From: an uncultured bacterium
GTDB taxonomy: Bacteria > Patescibacteriota > Minisyncoccia > Phycocordibacterales > Phycocordibacteraceae
DNA length: 64,000 nucleotides
Assembly (NCBI GenBank): GCA_903825105.1
Contig: CAIJZI010000008.1
Span: 8,401-72,400, forward strand
Direction of reading: 5' to 3'
The position numbers were made by a program, and so were the translations under genes. Within the stretch, counting starts at the first letter, position 1; each line of letters starts with the position of its first letter. This document shows positions 19,644 through 29,217 of the stretch, piece by piece. Under the pieces are notes generated by a model. It had not been told where the DNA came from and searched no databases. It saw nothing but the letters and a program-made list of their open reading frames with translations.

Positions 19644-19672
19644 AAGCCGGCTTGCCAGAGCCGGCTTTTCAT
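19644..19672 (+). terminator. intrinsic terminator
   Basis: AAGCCGGCTtgccagAGCCGGCTT + TTTCAT. Confidence 0.6.
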
Positions 19673-19706
19673 ATTCTTGATTTATACGCATGTTAAAATA
19701 TTTTGG

Positions 19707-20093
19707 ATGAAAAAGTTTTTTGAGTGGATTGGGCTGAAGGAAAAACTTCACGAAACTGCTCATAAGCCGCCATTCGTGTCGGAGCGCGAAATTTGGTGGG
19801 TGAGCCTTGGAGAGAATGTCGGTTCAGAAATGAATGGCAAAAGCGATCGATTTACGAGACCTGCGCTCGTCTTAAAGAAGTTGGCGCACGGTTTCTTTCT
19901 TGTCGCGCCGACCACGACTCAGCATCACGAAGGAAGTTGGTATATCAGAGTCTCGCTCGAAGGAAAAGATGAATATGTGTGTCTCAACCAAATCAGAACG
20001 ATTGACCATCGGCGGTTGTATTCACGTCTCGGCAAGCTCGACGACGATGATTTTAGTAAAGTGAAGGAAGGATTTAAGAAACTGTATCTATAA
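19707..20093 (+). CDS. mazF: MazF/PemK-family endoribonuclease toxin
   Basis: REIWWVSLGENVGSE...RPALVL...LVAPTTTQ...CLNQIRTIDHRRL aligns with the MazF/PemK core; start could be 19677 or 19707. Confidence 0.7.
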   Translation: MKKFFEWIGLKEKLHETAHKPPFVSEREIWWVSLGENVGSEMNGKSDRFTRPALVLKKLAHGFFLVAPTTTQHHEGSWYIRVSLEGKDEYVCLNQIRTIDHRRLYSRLGKLDDDDFSKVKEGFKKLYL

Positions 20094-20357
20094 AATGTTC
20101 CACCGCCTTTTGGGCGGTGGTCGCGGCGAATGCCGAATGTGTTCGTAGTATAGAGCAGCTCTGTTTAAAAAGCAATGAAGTGGGGATAACTAAAAAATAA
20201 GGAAGGGACGGCTGAATAAATCGCGTTTAATTTCACATTTGTCAACGTTCTGGAATGGGCTAGGATTTATGAGGCTGTTTTGGAACAGTAGTTTGACTTT
20301 CAATACGGCTTCCTGTATCTTTCAGGTATCCCGTTAGCGCGGGCTTTTCATTGCTTT

Positions 20358-20702
20358 ATGTCACGCTCAATTAAAAAAGGACCCTTCGTGGATGCAAAGC
20401 TCCTGAAGAAGGTCTCGATTCTTAAGCCGTCAACAGCCGGTGTTATTAAGACATGGGCGCGCAGAAGCCAGATAAGCCCAGAAATGATCGGTTTTACCTT
20501 CGGTGTGCACAATGGTCGACAGCATGTTGAGGTCCTTGTTTCAGAAGAAATGATCGGACACCGACTCGGTGAATTCTCGCCGACGAAGAAGTTCCTTCGT
20601 CACGGAGGAAAGATGCAGAAGGAAATGGAGCAGAAGAAGCAGGAGGCCGAAATCGCTTCTGCGAAGGCTGCTAAGGCGCCGGCTCCAGCCGCTAAGAAAT
20701 AG
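20358..20702 (+). CDS. rpsS: 30S ribosomal protein S19 with Lys/Ala-rich C-terminal extension
   Basis: [12 protein letters not shown]...THNGRQHV core. Confidence 0.95.
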   Translation: MSRSIKKGPFVDAKLLKKVSILKPSTAGVIKTWARRSQISPEMIGFTFGVHNGRQHVEVLVSEEMIGHRLGEFSPTKKFLRHGGKMQKEMEQKKQEAEIASAKAAKAPAPAAKK

Positions 20703-20717
20703 TTCGCTTTACATACT

Positions 20718-21038
20718 ATGGCAAATGCAACTTTAAAGACTCATAATCAGACACCGCGCAAGGTACGCCTCGTGACTGAACTCGTGAAGGGGAAGAAGAT
20801 CTCTGCTGCTCTTGCTGCACTCGAATTCCTCCCGAAGCGTGCGGCAGAGCCAGTGGCGAAGCTTATCAAGAGCGCTGCCGCGAATGCAAAAGAGCAGGGG
20901 AAGAATGTCGACGAACTCGTTATCAAAAACATCATTGTTGAGAGCGCTGGCATGATGAAGAAGTTTATGCCCCGCGCCTTTGGTCGAGCATCGACGATCC
21001 GCCGCCGTAAGAGTCGCGTTATCGTAACTCTCGCATAA
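20718..21038 (+). CDS. rplV: 50S ribosomal protein L22
   Basis: 106 aa; sequence and position. Confidence 0.94.
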   Translation: MANATLKTHNQTPRKVRLVTELVKGKKISAALAALEFLPKRAAEPVAKLIKSAAANAKEQGKNVDELVIKNIIVESAGMMKKFMPRAFGRASTIRRRKSRVIVTLA

Positions 21039-21044
21039 TTTAAT

Positions 21045-21725
21045 ATGACACACACTGTACATCCTTATGCACACCGACTCGGCATTATCCGAGACTGGAA
21101 GAGTCGTTGGTATGCCGCTGACCCGAAGAGTCGTCGCGAGAATATTAAAGTCGACGAGACGATTCGTCGTTTCCTCGAGAAGCGTCTCCGCGGTACCTAT
21201 ACGAGCGGTATCGAGATCGAGCGATCAGCGAGCACGCTTCGCATTATCCTCGCGACGGCGCGCCCAGGGCTCGTGATTGGCCGTTCTGGTGAGAACGCGA
21301 CAAAGCTCCGCAAAGAAGTAGAGACGGTGATTCGCAAGGTCGCACCGCTCGACAAGCGCGCTCTCAAGTTGGACATCGTCGAGATGCGCCAGCCAGAAAC
21401 AAATGCTGCTGTCGTCGCCTTTATGATCGCTGAAGGACTCGAGAAGAGAATGCCGTTTCGCCGCGTGCTGAAGCAGACGGTCGAGAAGGTGATCGCTGCT
21501 CGAGAAGTCGAAGGAGTCCGCATCGCGATCTCTGGGCGACTCGGTGGCGCAGAAATGAGCCGTAAGGAGGAATTAAAAAAAGGTCGAATTCCTCTTCAGA
21601 CCTTCCGTGCTGACATCGACTTCGCTGCAGAAGAGGCACACCTCCCGTACGGCGTGATTGGTATCAAGGTGTGGATCTTCAGAGGTAACGTTTTCCAAGA
21701 AAAAAAGGCTTATGCTATTTCCTAA
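21045..21725 (+). CDS. rpsC: 30S ribosomal protein S3
   Basis: MTHTVHPYAHRLGI KH-domain start; 226 aa. Confidence 0.96.
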   Translation: MTHTVHPYAHRLGIIRDWKSRWYAADPKSRRENIKVDETIRRFLEKRLRGTYTSGIEIERSASTLRIILATARPGLVIGRSGENATKLRKEVETVIRKVAPLDKRALKLDIVEMRQPETNAAVVAFMIAEGLEKRMPFRRVLKQTVEKVIAAREVEGVRIAISGRLGGAEMSRKEELKKGRIPLQTFRADIDFAAEEAHLPYGVIGIKVWIFRGNVFQEKKAYAIS

Positions 21726-22134
21726 AAAAGTAAAACATCGTAAGTGGCAGAACGGTCGCAAGAGTGCGAAGCGTCTTTCGCGTCCTGATACACGAGGAAC
21801 AGAAGTCGTCTTCGGATCGATTGGTCTGAAGGCGCTCTCGAGCTCGCGCGTCACCAGTAATCAGATCGAATCCGCGCGAAAGGTGCTCACGCGCGCCACT
21901 GCCAAGACCGGCAAGCTCTGGATTCGCATCTTCCCAGATCGACCAATTACCGAGAAGCCAGCTGGACTCAAAATGGGTAAGGGTAAGGGCGATCCGAAGC
22001 ACTATGTCTTCGAAGTCCGCCCCGGGCGCATCCTCTTCGAGTTCGACGGTGTCCCTGAAGATATCGCGCGCGCGCACTTACGCCAGGCAGGTATGAAGTT
22101 GCCAGTTAAGACGAGTATCGTCGTCAGCCATTAA
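21712..22134 (+). CDS. rplP: 50S ribosomal protein L16
   Basis: [17 protein letters not shown]16 N-terminus; overlaps rpsC by 14 nt. Confidence 0.93.
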   Translation: MLFPKKVKHRKWQNGRKSAKRLSRPDTRGTEVVFGSIGLKALSSSRVTSNQIESARKVLTRATAKTGKLWIRIFPDRPITEKPAGLKMGKGKGDPKHYVFEVRPGRILFEFDGVPEDIARAHLRQAGMKLPVKTSIVVSH

Positions 22135-22140
22135 ATTTTT

Positions 22141-22335
22141 ATGACTAAAAAAGAAATCATCTCGGATAAGGCAGATGCAGAGCTTCTTAAGATGCTCTCT
22201 GAAACACGCGCCGCGCTTCGCGGTGAGCGATTCGCTGCTGCTGGCGCTCGCCCGAAGGATTCGAACTCGCCGAAGAAGCTCCGAAAGACGATTGCGCGCA
22301 TATTAACAGAACAGGGTCGACGCAATACGAAATAA
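22141..22335 (+). CDS. rpmC: 50S ribosomal protein L29
   Basis: 64 aa; position and sequence. Confidence 0.9.
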   Translation: MTKKEIISDKADAELLKMLSETRAALRGERFAAAGARPKDSNSPKKLRKTIARILTEQGRRNTK

Positions 22336-22339
22336 TTTT

Positions 22340-22615
22340 ATGGAAACAAAAAACACAACACATTCGACAAGCTCAGTGCAGGCTCGTCCGCAGACATTCA
22401 CTGGCGTCGTTATAAAAACGGCGATGAAGGATACTGCTACTGTTCGTGTCGATCGCTTTGTTAAGAATGCGAAGTATAAAAAGTATTCAGTGCGATCGAA
22501 GAATTATCTCGCACACGATCCGGGCAATACGGTTGCGGTGGGGGACAAGGTCACGATTGTCGCGACGCGCCCGATCTCGAAGCTCAAGCATTTCAAGATC
22601 GCTACTAACGCATAA
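22340..22615 (+). CDS. rpsQ: 30S ribosomal protein S17
   Basis: 91 aa; FTGVVIKTAMKDTATVRVDR. Confidence 0.93.
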   Translation: METKNTTHSTSSVQARPQTFTGVVIKTAMKDTATVRVDRFVKNAKYKKYSVRSKNYLAHDPGNTVAVGDKVTIVATRPISKLKHFKIATNA

Positions 22616-22618
22616 TTT

Positions 22619-22996
22619 ATGTTGCAGACACAATCCATCGTAGCAGTAGCGGACAATTCAGGCGGCAAGGTCGCTAGAATCTTCAAAGTGCTCGGCGGTT
22701 CGCATCGCAGGTACGCGCGCATCGGCGACATTGTTGTTGTTTCTATTCAGACAGCCGAGCCACGCAAGGCGGTAAAGAAAAAAGATATTTTCCGCGCAGT
22801 CGTCGTTCGCCAGGTAAAGCCCTTTGGTCGCAAAGACGGCTCATCGATTCGCTTCGATGAAAACGCTGTGGTCCTTATCGAGAAGCAGGGTAAAGAAATG
22901 GGCCCTAAGGGGAATCGCATCTTCGGCCCCGTGCCACGCGAATTGTCAGAAAGAGGCTGGCACTCGATCGTGTCTCTCGCTCCAGAAGTCGTTTAG
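22619..22996 (+). CDS. rplN: 50S ribosomal protein L14
   Basis: MLQTQSIVAVADNSGGK. Confidence 0.96.
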   Translation: MLQTQSIVAVADNSGGKVARIFKVLGGSHRRYARIGDIVVVSIQTAEPRKAVKKKDIFRAVVVRQVKPFGRKDGSSIRFDENAVVLIEKQGKEMGPKGNRIFGPVPRELSERGWHSIVSLAPEVV

Positions 22997-23006
22997 CTAA
23001 ATTTAT

Positions 23007-23264
23007 ATGAAAATTAAAAAAGGAGACAAAGTAAAAGTGATTTCAGGTAAGGATAAAGGCGCGACTGGCGTGGTGCTCCAAGCATTGCCGAAAGAAAATA
23101 AGGTCGTTGTTGAAGGTGTCGCTATCTACAAGCGTCATTTGAAGGGTGGGGCAGGAAAGGTTGGTCACATCGCAGAAAAGCCGCGCGCGATTGATGTCTC
23201 GAATGTGAAAAAGGTTGATTCTGCAGAGACCAAGAAGAAAGAAGCTGTTTTTAGCGTAAAATAA
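23007..23264 (+). CDS. rplX: 50S ribosomal protein L24
   Basis: KOW motif [15 protein letters not shown]. Confidence 0.94.
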   Translation: MKIKKGDKVKVISGKDKGATGVVLQALPKENKVVVEGVAIYKRHLKGGAGKVGHIAEKPRAIDVSNVKKVDSAETKKKEAVFSVK

Positions 23265-23269
23265 ATCAT

Positions 23270-23821
23270 ATGTCTATCACCAAACAAAAACAGCAGTCCA
23301 GTTATCTCGCTCTCGCCGAGCAATTTGGCTATACGAGCCCGATGCAGGGCGTGCGCATTGAGAAGGTCATCGTCTCTTCTGGCGTTGGTAAGAAGCGCGA
23401 CAAGAAGCAGATCGAGCTCATCGAGAATCGCCTCGCGAAAATAACGGGACAGAAGTCAGCAAAGCGCCCAGCGAAGACCTCTATCGCCGCCTTTAAGGTG
23501 CGCGAAGGCGACACGGTTGGCCTCCAGACAACGCTTCGCGGCGCGCGCATGTACGACTTCGTCGACAAGCTCATCCACATCGCTCTCCCGCGCACACGCG
23601 ACTTCCGTGGCCTCTCTCCAAAAGCGATTGACGATATGGGTAATATCACGGTCGGTATCCGCGAGCACACGATCTTCCCCGAGACTTCTGACGAAGATAT
23701 TAAAGATGTCTTCGGTCTCGCGATAACAATCGTCACGACTGCGAAGTCAAAGGCAGAAGCAGAGGCATTCTTCCGCCATATCGGCATGCCGCTGACCGAT
23801 GGGGCAGAAACAAAGAAATAA
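23270..23821 (+). CDS. rplE: 50S ribosomal protein L5
   Basis: 183 aa; sequence and position. Confidence 0.96.
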   Translation: MSITKQKQQSSYLALAEQFGYTSPMQGVRIEKVIVSSGVGKKRDKKQIELIENRLAKITGQKSAKRPAKTSIAAFKVREGDTVGLQTTLRGARMYDFVDKLIHIALPRTRDFRGLSPKAIDDMGNITVGIREHTIFPETSDEDIKDVFGLAITIVTTAKSKAEAEAFFRHIGMPLTDGAETKK

Positions 23822-23833
23822 TTTTGTAAACAA

Positions 23834-23871
23834 AACCCGCGGCGACCATTCGGTCGCCGCGGTTTTTGTTT
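23834..23871 (+). terminator. intrinsic terminator after rplE
   Basis: AACCCGCGGCGACCattCGGTCGCCGCGGTTTTTGTTTG. Confidence 0.75.
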
Positions 23872-23930
23872 GTGGTCTTGACAGAATAATTTGATTGAGT
23901 ATTGTAATAGCGGAAAAGAAGGAGGCAGAA

Positions 23931-24107
23931 ATGCCGACAATAGAAACCAATAAGCTCGTTCGGAGTAAGGACGATTGCCAAGTTCAACTTTTTCTTGAAT
24001 GGTGTGAGCGGGTTAACTCCACGCCGCCAGAACTGAATACTCCTGAATTTGAGCGTCAGTTTACTAACTGGCTCTCGTGGGGAATGTGCAGAGATGAAGT
24101 TGGTTAA
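23931..24107 (+). CDS. small hypothetical protein (58 aa) with own promoter and perfect SD
   Basis: TTGACA-N16/17-TATTGT at about 23877-23905; AAGGAGG 7 nt before the ATG. Confidence 0.45.
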   Translation: MPTIETNKLVRSKDDCQVQLFLEWCERVNSTPPELNTPEFERQFTNWLSWGMCRDEVG

Positions 24108-24223
24108 ACCGCTCAAGGAATCGCTTCTTTGGGCGGTTCCTCGTTTATATTTTGAGGATGTTTGACTCCTTAGAAGCTATTTGATACAGTGTCAGCACGC
24201 TCTTCGGAGCTATTACTTTTGAT

Positions 24224-24493
24224 ATGGCTAAAAAATCCCAGTTGGCGAGACTTGCTAAAAAGCAGAAGCTCGTGAAGAAGTACGCAGAGAAGCGTGCGGC
24301 TTTGAAGTTGGCTGGTGATTCTGAAGGCCTCCAGAAGCTCCCGCGTAATTCTTCGCCGGTACGGTTGAAGAACCGCTGTGCGATATCGGGTCGATCTCGT
24401 GGATATATGCGCGCTTTTGGGCTCTCGCGCATCCAGTTCCGCGAACTTGCGCTCGAAGGGAAGATCCCAGGTGTTAAAAAATCATCTTGGTAA
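24224..24493 (+). CDS. rpsN: 30S ribosomal protein S14 (long, non-zinc form)
   Basis: 89 aa; [27 protein letters not shown]; promoter TTGACT-N17-TACAGT upstream. Confidence 0.93.
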   Translation: MAKKSQLARLAKKQKLVKKYAEKRAALKLAGDSEGLQKLPRNSSPVRLKNRCAISGRSRGYMRAFGLSRIQFRELALEGKIPGVKKSSW

Positions 24494-24497
24494 TTTT

Positions 24498-24899
24498 ATG
24501 GTAACTGACCGCATCGGAGATTTTATAATTCGACTTCAGAACGCTGCCATGATCGGCAAGCGTGAAGTGTCGGCCCCTTATTCAACACACCTTTTCACTA
24601 TTGCGAAAAAGTTGAGAGAACTCGGCTTTCTCGATAAGGTCGAGATGAAGACAAAAGAAGATGAAGTTAAAAAAGAATTTGTTGTGACACTTTCCTGCGA
24701 CGAGAGTGGCGCTCCGAAGCTCCACGGCGTGAAGCGTATCAGCAAGCCTGGGAGACGACTCTACGCTCCACATGATTCTATTCATAAGGTGAAGGGTGGC
24801 AGTGGCTCGCGAATCATTTCATCTTCGGCAGGCATTATTTCTGATGCTGAAGCGCGAAAGACGAAGGTCGGTGGTGAAGAACTTTTTGAAATTTGGTAA
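24498..24899 (+). CDS. rpsH: 30S ribosomal protein S8
   Basis: MVTDRIGDFIIRLQNA start. Confidence 0.95.
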   Translation: MVTDRIGDFIIRLQNAAMIGKREVSAPYSTHLFTIAKKLRELGFLDKVEMKTKEDEVKKEFVVTLSCDESGAPKLHGVKRISKPGRRLYAPHDSIHKVKGGSGSRIISSSAGIISDAEARKTKVGGEELFEIW

Positions 24900-24909
24900 T
24901 AAATAATTT

Positions 24910-25440
24910 ATGTCTCGACTCGCCAAAAAACCAATACTAGTAGGGAAGACAACCGTTTCAGTCGCGGGTGGCGAACTCTCTGTGAAGGGCTCGAAGGGAA
25001 CTTTGACGAAGCGCGTACATCCTTCGATCGACATCTCTGTTGGAGAAGAGGGTGTGATGGTCTCGCCAAAAAATAGCTCGCGTCTCGCGAAGATGCTCAC
25101 GGGCACATTCGCCTCGCATGTGAAGAATATGACGCGCGGTGTTGAAGAGCCGTTTCTTATCACGCTTATTCTCGAAGGCGTCGGCTATAAGGTAGAAGTG
25201 AAGGGGAATAAGGTCGTGCTCACGGTTGGATTCTCGCACACGGTCGAGCTCGAGATCCCCGCAGATGTCACGGTGGCAGTTACTAAAAATGTTATGAAGA
25301 TTGAGAGTATTAACAAAGAGTCGGTTGGGCAGTTCGCCGCGAACATTCGTCGCGTGAAGCCGCCAGAACCGTATCTCGGCAAGGGTATTCGCTACGATGG
25401 CGAGATTATCCGCCGCAAGCAGGGTAAGAAGGCTGTATAA
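24910..25440 (+). CDS. rplF: 50S ribosomal protein L6
   Basis: 176 aa; sequence and position. Confidence 0.95.
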   Translation: MSRLAKKPILVGKTTVSVAGGELSVKGSKGTLTKRVHPSIDISVGEEGVMVSPKNSSRLAKMLTGTFASHVKNMTRGVEEPFLITLILEGVGYKVEVKGNKVVLTVGFSHTVELEIPADVTVAVTKNVMKIESINKESVGQFAANIRRVKPPEPYLGKGIRYDGEIIRRKQGKKAV

Positions 25441-25445
25441 AAATT

Positions 25446-25796
25446 ATGAACCACAAACCGACTACAAACAGTGAACTTCGAGCACATCGCCACAAGCGCA
25501 TTCGCGCGCTTATTAAGGGTACCGCGGAACGCCCTCGCCTCGCAGTATTTCGAAGTAATCGTTTCGTATCAGCACAGCTGATCGACGATAACGCCGGTAA
25601 GACGCTCGCTGCTGCACACGGCCGAGAGTTTAAAGGTGCACAGTCTGAACAAGCGAAGGCTGTTGGTGCGGCGATTGGAAAGGCGGCGAAGGCTCTCGGT
25701 ATTACGACAGCCGTTTTTGATCGTGCGGGATACAAGTACGCTGGACAAATAAAATCGCTCGCAGATGCTGCGCGTGAAGAAGGACTTATTTTTTAA
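25446..25796 (+). CDS. rplR: 50S ribosomal protein L18
   Basis: 116 aa; sequence and position. Confidence 0.94.
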   Translation: MNHKPTTNSELRAHRHKRIRALIKGTAERPRLAVFRSNRFVSAQLIDDNAGKTLAAAHGREFKGAQSEQAKAVGAAIGKAAKALGITTAVFDRAGYKYAGQIKSLADAAREEGLIF

Positions 25797-25802
25797 ATAA
25801 TT

Positions 25803-26372
25803 ATGACAACAACAGAAAAAGAAGTAGTGAAGAGCGAAGAGGTAATAACTTCACCAGCGGGAAATGCTCCTGTTGCAGAAAACCGTGGTAGAACGATGCG
25901 TGGGCGTGCTCCTCGTAGTGGTAACAGAGAGCGCGCGCCTCGTGAACGCGGAGAATTCGATCAGGTGACGATTGATGCACGACGCGTGGCGCGTGTTATG
26001 GCAGGAGGTCGCCGATTTAACTTCAGTCTTGTCGTCGTTATTGGCGACAAGAAGGGGAGAGTCGGTGTTGGTCTCGGCAAAGGTGTCGACACGGCGCTTG
26101 CTATCGACAAGGCAGTTCGCGATGCGAAGAAGCATTTGATAACGGTCGCGAGAACGAAGTCTGGCTCGATCCCTCATCAGGTTATGGCGAAGTACGCATC
26201 TTCGACGGTTGAAATTATCCCGTCAAAGGGTCGCGGTCTTGTCGCTGGCTCTGCGGTACGCACAGTGCTCGATTCAGCAGGAATTAAAGATGTGATTACG
26301 AAGATTCACACACGCTCGAAGAATAAACTCACGATCGCGCGCGCGACCGTTGAAGCTTTGAAGAAGTTATAA
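25803..26372 (+). CDS. rpsE: 30S ribosomal protein S5
   Basis: 189 aa; S5 dsRBD-like core. Confidence 0.95.
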   Translation: MTTTEKEVVKSEEVITSPAGNAPVAENRGRTMRGRAPRSGNRERAPRERGEFDQVTIDARRVARVMAGGRRFNFSLVVVIGDKKGRVGVGLGKGVDTALAIDKAVRDAKKHLITVARTKSGSIPHQVMAKYASSTVEIIPSKGRGLVAGSAVRTVLDSAGIKDVITKIHTRSKNKLTIARATVEALKKL

Positions 26373-26379
26373 TATTTTT

Positions 26380-26832
26380 ATGCAACTCAATTCACTTTTA
26401 CCTCGAATAAAGAATAAAAAGAACGCGCCAGTAGGTCGCGGCGGTACACGCGGAAAAACTTCTGGCAGAGGAGGGAAGGGCCAGACTGCACGCGCCGGGC
26501 ACAAGATTCGCCCAGAGATGCGCGATATTATAAAGAAAATCCCGAAGCTTCGTGGTCAAGGGAAGAATCGTTCGCGCACGGTTCGTACCAATAAAATTCG
26601 AGTGACCGCAGTCAATGTCGCGCTTATCGAAGCAGAATACGCTGCAGGAGAGACGGTGACACCAGCATCACTCGTTTCAAAAGGTCTTGTACGCCGAGCA
26701 AAAGGTCGTGCACCTGTAGTAAAAATTCTTGGAACGGGGGAATTCACTAAGGCACTCGTTGTTCGAGGATGTATGATGTCAGAGACCGCCCTCAAAGCAC
26801 TTGTTGCTGCTGGCGGCACACACCATGCTTAA
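26380..26832 (+). CDS. rplO: 50S ribosomal protein L15 (directly follows S5; no L30 gene)
   Basis: 150 aa; GRGGTRGKTSGRGGKGQ. Confidence 0.95.
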   Translation: MQLNSLLPRIKNKKNAPVGRGGTRGKTSGRGGKGQTARAGHKIRPEMRDIIKKIPKLRGQGKNRSRTVRTNKIRVTAVNVALIEAEYAAGETVTPASLVSKGLVRRAKGRAPVVKILGTGEFTKALVVRGCMMSETALKALVAAGGTHHA

Positions 26833-28114
26833 TTCATTCATTCGTAAGATTAAACTTGCTTTCGGCGATAAAGAAATTCGTTTTCGCATTCTTTTCCTCG
26901 TTGGAGCACTCGCAGCGTTTCGCATTCTCGCATCGGTACCAATACCGGGTGTTGATCGCGCTGCACTCGCATCATTCTTTTCAAATAATCAGTTCTTCGG
27001 TCTTCTCAACATCTTTTCTGGTGGCGGACTCGCGCGTTTATCCGTCGTGATGCTCGGCGTCGGCCCCTATATCACTGCGTCAATTATTATGCAGCTCGGC
27101 ACGATAATCTTCCCGCAGTTGAAGCAGGCATACTTCGAAGAGGGAGAGGCAGGGCGGGCGAAGTTTGTTGAATGGAGCCGCCTTCTCACGATCCCGATCG
27201 CTGTTCTCCAGTCGATTGGATTTTTGGTTCTTCTCGAGAGTCAACATGTCATTATGAATCTCGGTATTCTCGCATTTGTATCCAATGTCATGATTGTCGC
27301 TGCAGGCTCGATGCTTCTTATGTGGATCGGCGAACTCGTGACTGAGTTTGGTATCGGCAACGGCGTTTCACTCATCATTCTCGCCGGTATTCTCGCACGC
27401 GTGCCAGCCAGCATCTCGCAGACAGTCTTCGCAGCTGGGGCCGCGACGAGTATCGCCGCGAATATTCCGACCTATGGCGCATTCCTCGTCCTCGCTCTCG
27501 CGATGATTTATGCAGTGGTCGTTGTCTCTGATGCAGAACGATCCATACCGATCGCCTACGCTCGCGCAGTGCGTGGCGCAGCCTTGTCACAGGGCGCGGC
27601 GACCTATCTCCCTATCCGCCTTCTTCAGGCGGGTGTTATCCCAATTATTTTTGCACTTTCACTCTTGCTTGTCCCACAGATGGCGCTCTCGATGCTCTCT
27701 GCGGCTCATATCTCCTTTGCTTCTGGTGTAGCAACCTGGTACACCGCATTTCTCTCGAACCCGTGGCAATATGGGTCACTCTACTTCGCGCTCGTTGTTC
27801 TCTTCACTTATTTCTATACCGCTGTCACCTTCGAGCCACACCGTGTCGCTGAAAATCTTCAGAAGACGGGTGCCTTCGTCCCTGGTGTTCGTCCGGGGGG
27901 AGAGACTGAGAGATACATCGGTAATGTGGTAAATCGCGTCACGCTCCCAGGAGCAGTCTTCCTCGGCTTTATCGCGGTCGCTCCTTCAATTATCCAAGGA
28001 TTGACCGGCATCACGACTCTTGTCCTCGGTGGCACAGCTCTTCTCATTGCCGTTCAGGTCGCTCTCGACCTCGCACAAAAAATCGAAGCTCAAGTCTCAC
28101 TTCGGGAGTATTAA
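26825..28114 (+). CDS. secY: preprotein translocase subunit SecY
   Basis: 10-TM profile; MLNSFIRKIKL start; overlaps rplO by 8 nt. Confidence 0.96.
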   Translation: MLNSFIRKIKLAFGDKEIRFRILFLVGALAAFRILASVPIPGVDRAALASFFSNNQFFGLLNIFSGGGLARLSVVMLGVGPYITASIIMQLGTIIFPQLKQAYFEEGEAGRAKFVEWSRLLTIPIAVLQSIGFLVLLESQHVIMNLGILAFVSNVMIVAAGSMLLMWIGELVTEFGIGNGVSLIILAGILARVPASISQTVFAAGAATSIAANIPTYGAFLVLALAMIYAVVVVSDAERSIPIAYARAVRGAALSQGAATYLPIRLLQAGVIPIIFALSLLLVPQMALSMLSAAHISFASGVATWYTAFLSNPWQYGSLYFALVVLFTYFYTAVTFEPHRVAENLQKTGAFVPGVRPGGETERYIGNVVNRVTLPGAVFLGFIAVAPSIIQGLTGITTLVLGGTALLIAVQVALDLAQKIEAQVSLREY

Positions 28115-28118
28115 AATT

Positions 28119-28147
28119 TGCATTTTGTAAAAAGTGCGGTATACTCT
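28119..28147 (+). promoter_or_regulatory. sigma70-like promoter TTGCAT-N16-TATACT for the receiver gene
   Basis: Read directly from the sequence. Confidence 0.55.
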
Positions 28148-28190
28148 TACGCGGATGAACGGCGTGATGAATCGCGCCAAAGGAGTAAAA

Positions 28191-28541
28191 ATGAGGAAAG
28201 TGTTGGTTGTTGACGACGATCAGAAGATGTTGAAACAGTTCCGTAACATCATTCTCAAATCAGGGTATCAAGTGATCGCTTGCGAAAGTGCAGAAGAAGC
28301 AATCCAGCATATCGAAGATGTCGATGCTGTTATCACTGATTTCTCTATGCCTAAAATGGATGGCAACGAATTCGCAAAAGTGGTCAAGCTCAAAAGGCAC
28401 GAAGTTCCGGTGATGATCGCAACAAGCAATCCGGACATTGTTCCAAAAGATCATCTCGCAAACAGCGTGATCTGCAAACTCGATGCTTTTTGGGGCGATG
28501 TCAATTGTGTCTCTTGGCTCAAGGAAGTGCTGGGCGAGTAG
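28191..28541 (+). CDS. standalone response-regulator receiver domain protein (CheY-like)
   Basis: VLVVDDD...D(F)SMPKMDG...IATSN receiver motifs; AAAGGAG SD; own promoter and terminator. Confidence 0.8.
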   Translation: MRKVLVVDDDQKMLKQFRNIILKSGYQVIACESAEEAIQHIEDVDAVITDFSMPKMDGNEFAKVVKLKRHEVPVMIATSNPDIVPKDHLANSVICKLDAFWGDVNCVSWLKEVLGE

Positions 28542-28547
28542 CGCCGG

Positions 28548-28603
28548 CCCTCCGAATTTTTGCACGCAGATGCGTTGCAGGAGTTCGGAGGGTTTTTATT
28601 TTA
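28548..28603 (+). terminator. intrinsic terminator (CCCTCCGAA...TTCGGAGGG + U-run)
   Basis: 9-bp stem, long loop, TTTTTATTTTATT. Confidence 0.65.
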
Positions 28604-28638
28604 TTGCGGAAGTGTCGTTTTTGATTTATAGTCAGCAG

Positions 28639-29217
28639 ATGGAAACACGCACGATACTTTTTATCGGGAAGCCGGGCTGTGGGAAAGGGGATCAAACGAA
28701 ACTGTTGTCAGAAAAAACGGGATGGAAGATTCTTTCTAGTGGAGACAACTTTCGTTCTATCTCTTCAGAAAATACGCCAATCGGGCGAAGGGTAAAAGAA
28801 GTAAATGACGCCGGGCTTCTTCAGCCATCGTGGCTCGCGGAATATCTTTTTATAAAATATCTCTCTCCGCTGCCAGAAAATGAAAGTGTCATCTTTGACG
28901 GCTTCGGCAGAAAGGCGCGAGAAGCAGAGTTCGTTATCGAATCACTCGCGTGGATTAATCGACCGCTCTCGGTCATTCACCTCGATGTCTCTGATGAAGA
29001 AATTATAAAGCGCGTCGCTTTACGCAAGGAGATCGAAGGGCGGGCAGACGACAAAGTCGTCGAAGAGCGACTGAAAGAATATTACGAATACACCGAGCCT
29101 GCGCTTAAAAAGTTTCGTGATGAAGCGCATGTGATTGAAATAAATGGTGAGCAGGCTCGTGAAAAAATTGCTGAAGATGTTCAAAAAGCGCTAAATTTAC
29201 CCTCGACAGGTTCTTGA
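28639..29217 (+). CDS. adk: adenylate kinase
   Basis: GKPGCGKGDQ P-loop; preceded by TTGCGG-N17-TATAGT. Confidence 0.93.
   Translation: METRTILFIGKPGCGKGDQTKLLSEKTGWKILSSGDNFRSISSENTPIGRRVKEVNDAGLLQPSWLAEYLFIKYLSPLPENESVIFDGFGRKAREAEFVIESLAWINRPLSVIHLDVSDEEIIKRVALRKEIEGRADDKVVEERLKEYYEYTEPALKKFRDEAHVIEINGEQAREKIAEDVQKALNLPSTGS

Noticed and set aside
20100-20120. Hairpin CCACCGCCttttgGGCGGTGG as a terminator after the MazF-like gene
   Set aside because: No U-tract follows, so it may be a structural element only. A promoter-like TTGACT-N17-TATCTT further downstream was noted but not listed as a feature.
28134-28190. Longer N-terminal extension of the receiver ORF (MRYTLTRMNGV...)
   Set aside because: It overlaps the promoter; the SD-supported ATG at 28191 was preferred.
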